From Calditrichaceae bacterium (lineage in GTDB: Bacteria; Calditrichota; Calditrichia; Calditrichales; JBFXGD01), in assembly GCA_050173015.1 (NCBI GenBank), contig JBFXLE010000021.1, forward strand, positions 1 to 19,967: a DNA stretch of 19,967 nt, given 5' to 3'. The translations under genes were made by a program, and so were the position numbers. The notes below the pieces were generated by a model. It saw nothing but the letters and a program-made list of their open reading frames with translations, was not told where the DNA came from and made no database searches. Positions within the stretch are counted from its first letter, which is position 1, and the number at the start of each line of letters is the position of its first letter. Below are positions 12,855 to 19,967 of this stretch, piece after piece.

Positions 12855-13612
12855 TGGGCAAAAGACACGAAAAATTAGGAATTAAACAGACGATTCAGAG
12901 ACAATGGATGGACAAGACTGTTCAAATGATGCTTGCGGGTTTATCAGAGAAAGAAATCCGGTCAGAACTTGATGAGTATTTATCAACACAAAAACAGAGT
13001 GGTGGTATTGGAGAGAGAGGTAAGAAAACATATGGGATGGCAATCTCACTTTTAGCAGCTTGGTTTGCACCAAAAGAAGAATTACGCCCATTCAGTAATG
13101 ATGCGCTTTGCATTGCGAGAGAATTACCAACAGAACTATGGAAGCCTTTGCATTGGGCAGTTCTCTCAGCGTCTTATCCTTTCTGGTTTAATGTGGCTCG
13201 ACAGACCGGTCGACTTCTCAACCTTCAGTACCAGATCACGCAACCGCAGATATTTAGTCGGTTAAAGGAACAATACGGTGATCGTGAAACTGTATCGCGA
13301 AACGCCCGTTACACGGTTAGATCATTTGTTGCTTGGGGAGCCCTGAAGGATTCCGAAACCAAGGGTTGCTATGAGAAAGCCTCTCCGGTGAGAATTGTCG
13401 ATGCAAAACTGGTCATCCTGATGTTAGAGTCCGCACTCATGGCCACACCGGAGGCCAAAAGCGCATTGGGGCTACTCCTGAACAATCCGGCATTTTTTCC
13501 ATTCCAACTTCCTGTATTAACCGGTGACTTTGTATCCCAACGCAGCGACCGGATCGAACTGGTTCGCTATGGGCTGGACGACGAGCTTTTGATGTTGAAG
13601 ATAGGTGATTGA
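12851..13612 (+). CDS. brxA: Probable BREX-3 BrxA-type terminal protein, 253 aa
   Basis: Coupled to pglZ by an ATGA overlap; size and last position fit BREX-3 brxA; contains a helical YPFW...RLKEQYGDRETV segment. Assignment rests mainly on context. Confidence 0.65.
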   Translation: MMGKRHEKLGIKQTIQRQWMDKTVQMMLAGLSEKEIRSELDEYLSTQKQSGGIGERGKKTYGMAISLLAAWFAPKEELRPFSNDALCIARELPTELWKPLHWAVLSASYPFWFNVARQTGRLLNLQYQITQPQIFSRLKEQYGDRETVSRNARYTVRSFVAWGALKDSETKGCYEKASPVRIVDAKLVILMLESALMATPEAKSALGLLLNNPAFFPFQLPVLTGDFVSQRSDRIELVRYGLDDELLMLKIGD

Positions 13613-13640
13613 GTTAGCTATTCGAATGAACGGATGATTA

Positions 13641-13659
13641 GATGCGGCGCAGAAAGTCA
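13641..13659 (+). repeat. 19-nt intergenic direct repeat, copy 1 (GATGCGGCGCAGAAAGTCA)
   Basis: 18/19 identical to 15642-15660, including an exact 15-mer CGGCGCAGAAAGTCA. Confidence 0.55.
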
Positions 13660-13991
13660 GCCTGTATAGATTGTTATATATTCGTGGTCAATTCCTTATT
13701 ATGATCCTGGAATTCGATGGCTGTGACTTGGAGATTTTGGGCAGTTAAGACAAGTCGCACCAGGTTTCCAAATAGAGCTCTGGATACACTTAAAAATCGG
13801 GTCGGTGGATGAGCCATCGTGTGTGGTCTCTGGTGATGCAGTAATTTGTTTGTTTCCTCATGAAATTAAAATATTAATAAAAAAGGTTCATCGCCAACTT
13901 CGATAAAGAGTTTCTGTTCTGATGCAATGATCTTGTTTTTAATTGTTTTATGGTGTATGTTTTGCCTAAGTTTCATTATACCTGTAAGTAT

Positions 13992-14123
13992 ATGGGAAGT
14001 ATCATATTAATACTGCTTGTTTTTTTATTCGCGTTTTATTTGCTGCGCGCCAGAAACTCGTCAAGGCAGGGACTGAAGCGAAAAAGACAGTTGCAGGATA
14101 AAATAAAAAACAGATGGAAATAA
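13992..14123 (+). CDS. Putative small single-pass membrane protein, 43 aa (MGSIILILLVFLFAFYLLRARNSSRQGLKRKRQLQDKIKNRWK)
   Basis: Hand translation gives 15 consecutive hydrophobic residues followed by a very basic tail. Stop lies just before the tRNA promoter. No clear Shine-Dalgarno; alternative in-frame ATG at 13950. Confidence 0.45.
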   Translation: MGSIILILLVFLFAFYLLRARNSSRQGLKRKRQLQDKIKNRWK

Positions 14124-14147
14124 ACTCTAAATTTTAGAAAAAATTAT

Positions 14148-14176
14148 TTGACAGGAAATTAAAAAAACTTTATATT
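14148..14176 (+). promoter_or_regulatory. Sigma70-type promoter of the tRNA operon
   Basis: TTGACA (14148-14153), 17-nt spacer, TATATT (14171-14176), AT-rich upstream tract; 38 nt before tRNA-Gly. Confidence 0.85.
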
Positions 14177-14214
14177 TTGGTCTTTCAAAAATGAGTTGAA
14201 GTGTTATGTAATAA

Positions 14215-14287
14215 GCGAGAGTAGCTCAGCTGGTAGAGCACAACCTTGCCAAGGTTGGGGTCGCGGGTTCGAATCCCGTCTCTCGCT
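14215..14287 (+). tRNA. tRNA-Gly (GCC)
   Basis: Acceptor stem GCGAGAG/CTCTCGC, anticodon arm CAACC-TTGCCAA-GGTTG, T-loop GGTTCGAATCC; CCA not encoded. Confidence 0.97.
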
Positions 14288-14308
14288 CATTTTTATTTAT
14301 AGGGTTCC

Positions 14309-14384
14309 GGCGACGTACCCAAGTGGCTAAGGGAGAGGTCTGCAAAACCTTTATGCGGCGGTTCGAATCCGCCCGTCGCCTCCA
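14309..14384 (+). tRNA. tRNA-Cys (GCA)
   Basis: Acceptor stem GGCGACG/CGTCGCC, U73 discriminator, anticodon arm GAGGT-CTGCAAA-ACCTT, T-loop GGTTCGAATCC; encoded CCA. Confidence 0.97.
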
Positions 14385-14403
14385 AGATTTTAACAATTAT
14401 TCT

Positions 14404-14489
14404 GCCGGGGTGGTGGAATTGGTAGACACAAGGGACTTAAAATCCCTCGGGAGTTAAATCCCGTACCGGTTCAAGTCCGGTCCCCGGTA
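14404..14489 (+). tRNA. tRNA-Leu (TAA)
   Basis: Acceptor stem GCCGGGG/CCCCGGT, anticodon arm AGGGA-CTTAAAA-TCCCT, long variable arm CGGGA...TCCCG, T-loop GGTTCAAGTCC; CCA not encoded. Confidence 0.97.
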
Positions 14490-14501
14490 CAATAATTAAT
14501 T

Positions 14502-14530
14502 AAGGCTTACAGAAATGTGAGCCTTTTTTT
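14502..14530 (+). terminator. Rho-independent terminator of the tRNA operon
   Basis: Stem GGCTTACA/TGTGAGCC (one G-U pair), GAAA tetraloop, followed by T7. Confidence 0.85.
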
Positions 14531-14583
14531 GTTTACAGAGATTCAGATCATTTTCTTAATAAGATTTTACAGACCTTGCATCG

Positions 14584-14601
14584 TAATCAATTAATTGATT
14601 A
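14584..14601. promoter_or_regulatory. Perfect 18-bp palindrome TAATCAATTAATTGATTA upstream of galE; candidate operator
   Basis: Exactly self-complementary. Lies between a possible -35 (TTGCAT, 14576-14581) and -10 (TAAGTT, 14600-14605), about 50 nt before the galE start. Confidence 0.45.
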
Positions 14602-14652
14602 AGTTTCTTTCTATTGTTTATTTAATCATTATCTGGATCAAAGGAGGATGAA

Positions 14653-15639
14653 TTGTCACTTTCAAAACGCATTTTAGTCACCGGAGGCGCCGGCTATATT
14701 GGAAGTCATGTTGTTCATCAGTTGTGCGATGAGGGTCATCAGGTTCTTATCTTTGATAATTTCTCGCTCGGCCTGAAAGAAAATCTCGATCCGAGAGCGC
14801 AGGAAGTAATTGGGGGAGATGTAAGGAATGAAAACGATCTGGTAAAAGCCTTATCAAAAAACATAGATGTGGTGTTTCACTTCGCGGCCTGGAAAGCGGC
14901 AGGAGAATCCATGACCGATCCGGGTAAATACGCGAAAAACAATATCACCGGAACATTAAATCTGCTTAACGCCATGATAGAAAACAAAGTAAAAAATATT
15001 ATATTTTCTTCATCGGCCGCGGTGTATGGTAATCCTGAATATTTACCCGTAGATGAAAAACATCCCTTAAATCCGACCAATTATTACGGATATACAAAAC
15101 TGGCCATTGAAGAAAACCTAAGATGGTATAGCGAACTAAAAGGGATCAATTACGCGGCACTACGTTACTTCAACGCCACCGGATACGATGTGAATGGCCG
15201 TGTGACCGGAAAAGAGAAAAATCCCGCGAATCTGTCACCTGTCGTGATGGAGGTATTAGCGGGGGAGCGTTCCGGTATGCAGGTATTTGGTGATGACTAT
15301 GATACGCCGGACGGTACCTGTATCAGAGATTACATCCACGTGAGTGATCTCGCCAATGCCCATGTTCTGGCGATGAAATATATTCTTGAAAACAGAAAAA
15401 ATCTGTTGGTCAATCTCGGAACCGGGGAAGGGCAGTCGGTTATGGATGTCATACGGGCGGCAGAGGAAGTCACCGCCGGGAAAATTGGTTTTGAAATGGT
15501 CGGACGGCGCGTCGGTGATCCGGAAAAACTTGTCGCCAGTTGTGAATTGGCTGAAAAGCTTCTTGGCTGGAAGGCCCGGCATTCGGATCTGAAAACGATA
15601 TTCAAATCCATGATGCCGGTATATCTACGAAACAAATAA
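14653..15639 (+). CDS. galE: UDP-glucose 4-epimerase, 328 aa
   Basis: ILVTGGAGYIGSH Rossmann motif, FSSSAAVYG, catalytic YGYTK (YxxxK), LRYFN, DTPDGTCIRDYIHVSDLA. TTG start after AAGGAGG (14641-14647). Confidence 0.93.
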   Translation: MSLSKRILVTGGAGYIGSHVVHQLCDEGHQVLIFDNFSLGLKENLDPRAQEVIGGDVRNENDLVKALSKNIDVVFHFAAWKAAGESMTDPGKYAKNNITGTLNLLNAMIENKVKNIIFSSSAAVYGNPEYLPVDEKHPLNPTNYYGYTKLAIEENLRWYSELKGINYAALRYFNATGYDVNGRVTGKEKNPANLSPVVMEVLAGERSGMQVFGDDYDTPDGTCIRDYIHVSDLANAHVLAMKYILENRKNLLVNLGTGEGQSVMDVIRAAEEVTAGKIGFEMVGRRVGDPEKLVASCELAEKLLGWKARHSDLKTIFKSMMPVYLRNK

Positions 15640-15641
15640 AC

Positions 15642-15660
15642 GATTCGGCGCAGAAAGTCA
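15642..15660 (+). repeat. 19-nt intergenic direct repeat, copy 2 (GATTCGGCGCAGAAAGTCA)
   Basis: 18/19 identical to 13641-13659; begins 3 nt after the galE stop. Confidence 0.55.
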
Positions 15661-15751
15661 CCAATCGATTAACTCTTTCCCGGGGGCATGTTTATTTGAC
15701 GATTTAATCCGAGCAGATTAGTTTATTCACGGATCAATTTAGAAAAACAAT

Positions 15752-16747
15752 TTATAGGCTTAGATCAAAAAGCGCCTTCGAGATCAAGCCATTCCTGATC
15801 GTGGAAATCGCTTCATCATATTTATTCAAGGGGAATAATCCGATTCCTAGTTGTTCAAGGGGGATTTCTATTGAACTTAATAAGTCGATAGTACTCCGGA
15901 ATGTAAAAGGATTGATCACGGATCCGATGATTGTCAATTCCTGCCTGAAAATTTGATATGGGTTGATGCTAATCCGGCTATTTTGCGGACATACACCAAA
16001 GAAAAGGAATTTTCCCAGTGGATTTATCCATTGAAATGCTTTTTCAACAGCGGCGGGATTGCCGGTGCAATCGATTATTAGATCAAACTTTTCATGGGAC
16101 GCTTCAATATCCGGGAAATTACGAGTATCAAATCCAAGGTGAATGGCGGTTTCTTTTCGTTGTGTCGCAATTTCGCTTATTGTCAAATTTTTATAACCAA
16201 AATGGCGGAGAAGAATACCCCAAAGCAAACCGATTAATCCTGCGCCAAGGATGAGGATGGAAGAATCGGGCGAGACTGATTGGCATCGGTTCCATCCATG
16301 AATGATACATGAAAGAGGCTCTGTCAAAGCTGCCGATTTTAATGATGCGTTTTCAGGCAATTTATGGACCTGGTTTTCAGGGACAGCACAGTATTCAGCC
16401 CAACCCCCATTTTTAAAAATGCCGATTGGTTTTAGGTTTTCGCAAAAATGGACCTGCCCTTTTCTGCAAAAGGCGCATTTTCCGCAAAAATTATTCGGAT
16501 CAACTACAACCTTATCATTTATTTTAAACTCACTGATATCGCCGCCACATTGAGCTACATGACCGGAAAATTCATGCCCAAGGATGATTCCGTTTGCGGC
16601 AGGGGAGTCTTGAGCCATGATGTGGATGTCCGTTCCGCAAATTCCGGAGAAAGCAGTTTTTATCAAAACTTCATTGTTTCTTAGTTTCGGCATATCAATA
16701 TCTGTAAATGATATTCGACCGGGTTTTTTGTAGACAAGGGCTTTCAT
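15752..16747 (-). CDS. Zinc-dependent medium-chain dehydrogenase (sugar-alcohol/sorbitol dehydrogenase-like), 331 aa
   Basis: Catalytic Zn motifs GICGTD and LGHEF, structural Zn CGKCAFC...HFC, TEPLSC, NAD-binding GAGLIG. Substrate cannot be determined from sequence. Confidence 0.9.
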   Translation of the reverse strand: MKALVYKKPGRISFTDIDMPKLRNNEVLIKTAFSGICGTDIHIMAQDSPAANGIILGHEFSGHVAQCGGDISEFKINDKVVVDPNNFCGKCAFCRKGQVHFCENLKPIGIFKNGGWAEYCAVPENQVHKLPENASLKSAALTEPLSCIIHGWNRCQSVSPDSSILILGAGLIGLLWGILLRHFGYKNLTISEIATQRKETAIHLGFDTRNFPDIEASHEKFDLIIDCTGNPAAVEKAFQWINPLGKFLFFGVCPQNSRISINPYQIFRQELTIIGSVINPFTFRSTIDLLSSIEIPLEQLGIGLFPLNKYDEAISTIRNGLISKALFDLSL

Positions 16748-16772
16748 AACGCTAAATTCCGCTTATATTGAT

Positions 16773-16800
16773 ATTATAATTCAGGAAATAATATAGTAAA
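16773..16800 (-). promoter_or_regulatory. Putative promoter of the dehydrogenase gene
   Basis: Minus strand TTTACT (16800-16795), 16-nt spacer, TATAAT (16778-16773); 25 nt before the ATG. Confidence 0.5.
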
Positions 16801-16810
16801 ACGTTTAACT
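16795..16810. promoter_or_regulatory. LacI-family operator O2, AGTAAAACGTTTAACT
   Basis: One mismatch from the perfect palindrome at 16983-16998; AAACGTTT core with central CG typical of LacI-family sites; overlaps the putative -35 of the dehydrogenase promoter. Confidence 0.75.
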
Positions 16811-16948
16811 GCGTGAAATAATTTTTGAAAAAATACTAAAAATTTAGAAGACAAATGTGTATAATTTCATCGCAGTGAAAGATCTGATGATATATAAAGT
16901 TTAATGGATTAAGTAAAAAATACAATTTAAATAAAAAATAAAATTATC

Positions 16949-16977
16949 TTGACACTTAAAAATGAAAAAATTAACTT
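16949..16977 (+). promoter_or_regulatory. Sigma70-type promoter of the LacI gene/operon
   Basis: TTGACA (16949-16954), 17-nt spacer, TAACTT (16972-16977), A-rich upstream tract. Confidence 0.75.
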
Positions 16978-16982
16978 ATGCG

Positions 16983-16998
16983 AGTTAAACGTTTAACT
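16983..16998. promoter_or_regulatory. LacI-family operator O1, AGTTAAACGTTTAACT
   Basis: Perfect 16-bp palindrome with central CG, covering the expected +1 of the lacI promoter. Confidence 0.82.
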
Positions 16999-17012
16999 GA
17001 ATTTGGTGGTTT

Positions 17013-18038
17013 ATGCGTGTTACAATCAAAGATGTAGCTAAAAAAGCCAATGTGTCGGTTGCCACTGTCTCTCTGGTGATTCATGATCATCAAAGAATTT
17101 CCCCCGAAACAAAGCGAAGGGTATTAAAAGCCATTAAGGATCTGGATTATTATCCTTCCCGTTCCGCAAGAGGTTTGGTCTCAAGACAAACAAAAAACAT
17201 TGGTTTTATCATCACCGAAGATCACTTTTTGAGAACGGAACCCTTCTACACCAAAATATTTCTGGGAACTGAATTTGAAGCAAGACTTTCAGAATACTAC
17301 ATCCTTCTGACCACGATTCCAACAGACTACAAACCAACCGATCCCTTGCCACGATTTGTATTAGAGGGTAATGTGGATGGTGTCATCATCGCCGGAAAGA
17401 TCCCGGATAGCATAATTAACAGGCTAAAACAATTTAAACTGCCAATTATATTTGTGGATTATTATCCTCCTGAAGGGGATTTTTCAGCAGTTCTGATTGA
17501 TAATGTCACCGGCGGATTGCAGGCGACAGAGCACCTGATTTCATGCGGGCACAAAAAAATCGGTTTCATCGGGGGGGATATTGATCATCCCAGTATTCGG
17601 GACAGATTTCAGGGATATAAAACCGCGTTGGAAAAAAATAAGATTATTTATAATCCTTCGTATGCAGTGACGAATGAATTAGGTACAAACAGAGAGTGCG
17701 GGTATAATGCCGCAAAAAAACTGTTAAGTCAAAATAATGATATTACTTCAATTTTTATCTGTAACGATGCTATGGCTCTTGGCGCCATGCAATATCTCAA
17801 ATCCCAAAATAAAATTATTCCCGATGATATTTCAATCATTGGTTTTGATGATGTGGAAGCAGGATTGATTTCTGAGCCCAATCTCACAACAATGCGGGTC
17901 CCCAAAATAGAATTAGGGGCAAAAACCATGAATCTGATGGCGCAGTATTTGGAAAATAAAGTAACCGATCCATATAAATTATTGATGCCTGTGGAGCTGG
18001 TTCTCCGAAAATCAACATGTCCAGGTAAAAATAATTAA
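17013..18038 (+). CDS. LacI/GalR-family transcriptional regulator, 341 aa
   Basis: N-terminal HTH TIKDVAKKANVSVATVSLVI, hinge YYPSRSARGL, periplasmic-binding-protein-like core (IFICNDAMALG, IPDDISIIGFDD, LTTM). Confidence 0.96.
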   Translation: MRVTIKDVAKKANVSVATVSLVIHDHQRISPETKRRVLKAIKDLDYYPSRSARGLVSRQTKNIGFIITEDHFLRTEPFYTKIFLGTEFEARLSEYYILLTTIPTDYKPTDPLPRFVLEGNVDGVIIAGKIPDSIINRLKQFKLPIIFVDYYPPEGDFSAVLIDNVTGGLQATEHLISCGHKKIGFIGGDIDHPSIRDRFQGYKTALEKNKIIYNPSYAVTNELGTNRECGYNAAKKLLSQNNDITSIFICNDAMALGAMQYLKSQNKIIPDDISIIGFDDVEAGLISEPNLTTMRVPKIELGAKTMNLMAQYLENKVTDPYKLLMPVELVLRKSTCPGKNN

Positions 18039-18156
18039 TAGTGAATAGTTAAAAAATCTTTTTCGTTTTAATCTATTAGGAAAAATGGAAAGGAGGTTAA
18101 AGGAATTTAAACCGTCAATCCGGTTATATCAATTAACTATTAATCGCGGAGGTTCT

Positions 18157-19967
18157 ATGAGCAATTTTAGAAAAAACATAATGGCCGGCATTTCCATTGT
18201 GTTTTTTACTGTATTAGTGAGTCCTGTCCTTCTTCTGGCTGATATCAATTCGATTGGCAGCTTTGAAGGCGATATGCCATCGTACTGGACAAAAGGCAGT
18301 GTTCCCGGCGGTTCCACGCTGGAATGGGCAACGGATGCTTCCCGTAACATGGGTCGTTCGTTAAAGATCACGAAAGAAGTGACCGGTGATTCAGCAGCCT
18401 GGATCTCAGAGAACATGCTTGATTTATGGTCACCACAGCATTACAAAGACGTGGATATTTTTGTTGGCGCCTGGGTAAAGACAGAGAATGTGAATGTGAA
18501 TCCCGCCAATGATGATGAGAAGTGGTATGTATCCTATAATTTCTACAATGAAAGCGGCGAATTTATTGGTGAGACCAAACTGCCGATCGATCAGAGTGTT
18601 GCCAGCAGCCTCGGCTGGGTGGCAGATACCAACGCGGTAGGCGCCACGATTCTGCCTGAAGATTCCTGGAAGACGATAATAAAATTTGTGGGCGGAAAAA
18701 ACGCGACCGGTACCGTTTGGGCCGATGATTTTATGCTCTATGGCCGTGACGGCGCCTGGGCCGGACAGGACTGGAATTCATCTGTAGGTGTTCCGACCGG
18801 CTGGAATTACTGGTTACCGCCGGTTGGTGGAAATGACGGTGAACTGGCCAATGGTTATGAGAATACGGTAATAACGGATGAAGAATCTTATACCGGTTTA
18901 TATTCATTAAAACTTGATCTGCCTTTTGACCGCGCCCCGCATGACGGCTGGATTGGCACAAAACGGTATCAGCTCACTGATGTATCGGCTGGAGATGTAG
19001 TCAGAATCAGCGTTTGGATCAAAGCCAGTGATCTGGTGCCCGATTCCGCCGCCGCATATCCGGGTACATGGTCGGTTGGAATCACCCCGATCTTCCACAG
19101 CGGCTACTTAAGCAACGATTCCTATGATGAAATCGGCGCTCAGGATCTGGTGTTCAAATTCCCCGCCGTGACATCCTTTGACTGGACTGAATTTTATGTT
19201 GATGTGACAGTTCCGGCTGACGCGAATGCAAAAGCGCTGTCCGTAAGAATTCATCCCTACGCCAGATTTACCGGCACTGTTTATTTTGATGAATTGACAG
19301 TCAGGAAACTGGATATTCCCGAGATAAGCGGGATTGGCAGCTTTGAAGGCGATATGCCATCGTACTGGACAAAAGGCAGTGTTCCCGGCGGTTCCACGCT
19401 GGAATGGGCAACGGATGCTTCCCGTAACATGGGTCGTTCGTTAAAGATCACGAAAGAAGTGACCGGTGATTCAGCAGCCTGGATCTCAGAGAACATGCTT
19501 GATTTATGGTCACCACAGCATTACAAAGACGTGGATATTTTTGTTGGCGCCTGGGTAAAGACAGAGAATGTGAATGTGAATCCCGCCAATGATGATGAGA
19601 AGTGGTATGTATCCTATAATTTCTACAATGAAAGCGGCGAATTTATTGGTGAGACCAAACTGCCGATCGATCAGAGTGTTGCCAGCAGCCTCGGCTGGGT
19701 GGCAGATACCAACGCGGTAGGCGCCACGATTCTGCCTGAAGATTCCTGGAAGACGATAATAAAATTTGTGGGCGGAAAAAACGCGACCGGTACCGTTTGG
19801 GCCGATGATTTTATGCTCTATGGCCGTGACGGCGCCTGGGCCGGACAGGACTGGAATTCATCTGTAGGTGTTCCGACCGGCTGGAATTACTGGTTACCGC
19901 CGGTTGGTGGAAATGACGGTGAACTGGCCAATGGTTATGAGAATACGGTAATAACGGATGAAGAATC
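18157..19967 (+). CDS. Large secreted protein with tandem carbohydrate-binding-like beta-sandwich modules; partial, at least 603 aa, runs off the window and is missing from the ORF track
   Basis: GGAGG at 18148-18152, ATG at 18157, frame open to the window end. Signal peptide MSNFRKNIMAGISIVFFTVLVSPVLLLA followed by DINSIGSFEG. Trp-rich modules with SFEG...SLKI...GAWVKT...GTVWADDF and SLKL...SVWIKA...GTVYFDELTV, resembling CBM4/9 or CBM16-like domains. Confidence 0.85.
   Translation, partial: MSNFRKNIMAGISIVFFTVLVSPVLLLADINSIGSFEGDMPSYWTKGSVPGGSTLEWATDASRNMGRSLKITKEVTGDSAAWISENMLDLWSPQHYKDVDIFVGAWVKTENVNVNPANDDEKWYVSYNFYNESGEFIGETKLPIDQSVASSLGWVADTNAVGATILPEDSWKTIIKFVGGKNATGTVWADDFMLYGRDGAWAGQDWNSSVGVPTGWNYWLPPVGGNDGELANGYENTVITDEESYTGLYSLKLDLPFDRAPHDGWIGTKRYQLTDVSAGDVVRISVWIKASDLVPDSAAAYPGTWSVGITPIFHSGYLSNDSYDEIGAQDLVFKFPAVTSFDWTEFYVDVTVPADANAKALSVRIHPYARFTGTVYFDELTVRKLDIPEISGIGSFEGDMPSYWTKGSVPGGSTLEWATDASRNMGRSLKITKEVTGDSAAWISENMLDLWSPQHYKDVDIFVGAWVKTENVNVNPANDDEKWYVSYNFYNESGEFIGETKLPIDQSVASSLGWVADTNAVGATILPEDSWKTIIKFVGGKNATGTVWADDFMLYGRDGAWAGQDWNSSVGVPTGWNYWLPPVGGNDGELANGYENTVITDEE
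18252..19331 (+). repeat. Intragenic tandem repeat unit 1 (1080 bp, 360 aa)
   Basis: 18252-18887 matches 19332-19967 with no mismatch found in line-by-line comparison; the offset of 1080 preserves frame. Confidence 0.95.
19332..19967 (+). repeat. Intragenic tandem repeat unit 2 (partial, 636 bp to the window end)
   Basis: Identical to 18252-18887. Confidence 0.95.

Noticed and set aside
13620-13910. Possible pseudogene remnant after brxA
   Set aside because: The frames I translated by hand gave only short or start-less ORFs with no recognisable protein similarity.
14215-14489. tRNA cluster as the integration site of the BREX region
   Set aside because: BREX lies 5' of the tRNAs, and I found no duplicated tRNA 3' end or integrase in the window.
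14215-14489. Only tRNA-Cys encodes CCA
   Set aside because: Mixed CCA encoding is common in bacteria that have a CCA-adding enzyme; the Gly-Cys-Leu order is also widely conserved.
18044-18141. 9-bp inverted repeat AATAGTTAA/TTAACTATT, an orphan AAGGAGGT near 18090, and an in-frame ATG at 18085
   Set aside because: AT-rich and plausibly chance; no start codon is correctly spaced after the SD-like motif, and ATG 18157 has its own GGAGG and gives a proper signal peptide.
18129-19496. Minus-strand ORFs 18129-18416, 18731-18961, 18907-19098 and 19281-19496
   Set aside because: Antisense to the real + strand secreted gene; two are alike only because of the DNA repeat.

Overview
The window has two parts. 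(1) 28-13612 is a tightly coupled + strand operon that reads as a type 3 BREX phage-defence system: brxC-pglXI-[extra gene]-brxHII-pglZ-brxA. brxF would be expected just left of the window. Its core is GC-rich (hand-counted 60-nt lines in brxC and the pglXI 3' end are 57-63% GC), with AT-rich patches in the methyltransferase core, part of brxC and the 5' half of brxA. Translationally coupled between pglXI and brxHII is a non-canonical 448-aa gene that fuses an RxxxxH (HEPN-type) RNase-like domain to an uncharacterised SCDGHG domain; this candidate BREX-embedded effector is the most interesting item. (2) From about 13650 to the end is AT-richer host-like DNA: a possible 43-aa membrane microprotein, a Gly-Cys-Leu tRNA operon with a clear promoter and terminator, galE, and a Zn-dependent dehydrogenase divergent from a LacI regulator with two near-identical operators. 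It ends with the start of a large secreted protein that is absent from the ORF track, is built from carbohydrate-binding-like modules, and contains a nucleotide-identical repeat with a 1080-bp period. All family assignments come from motif recognition and gene order; no searches were run.
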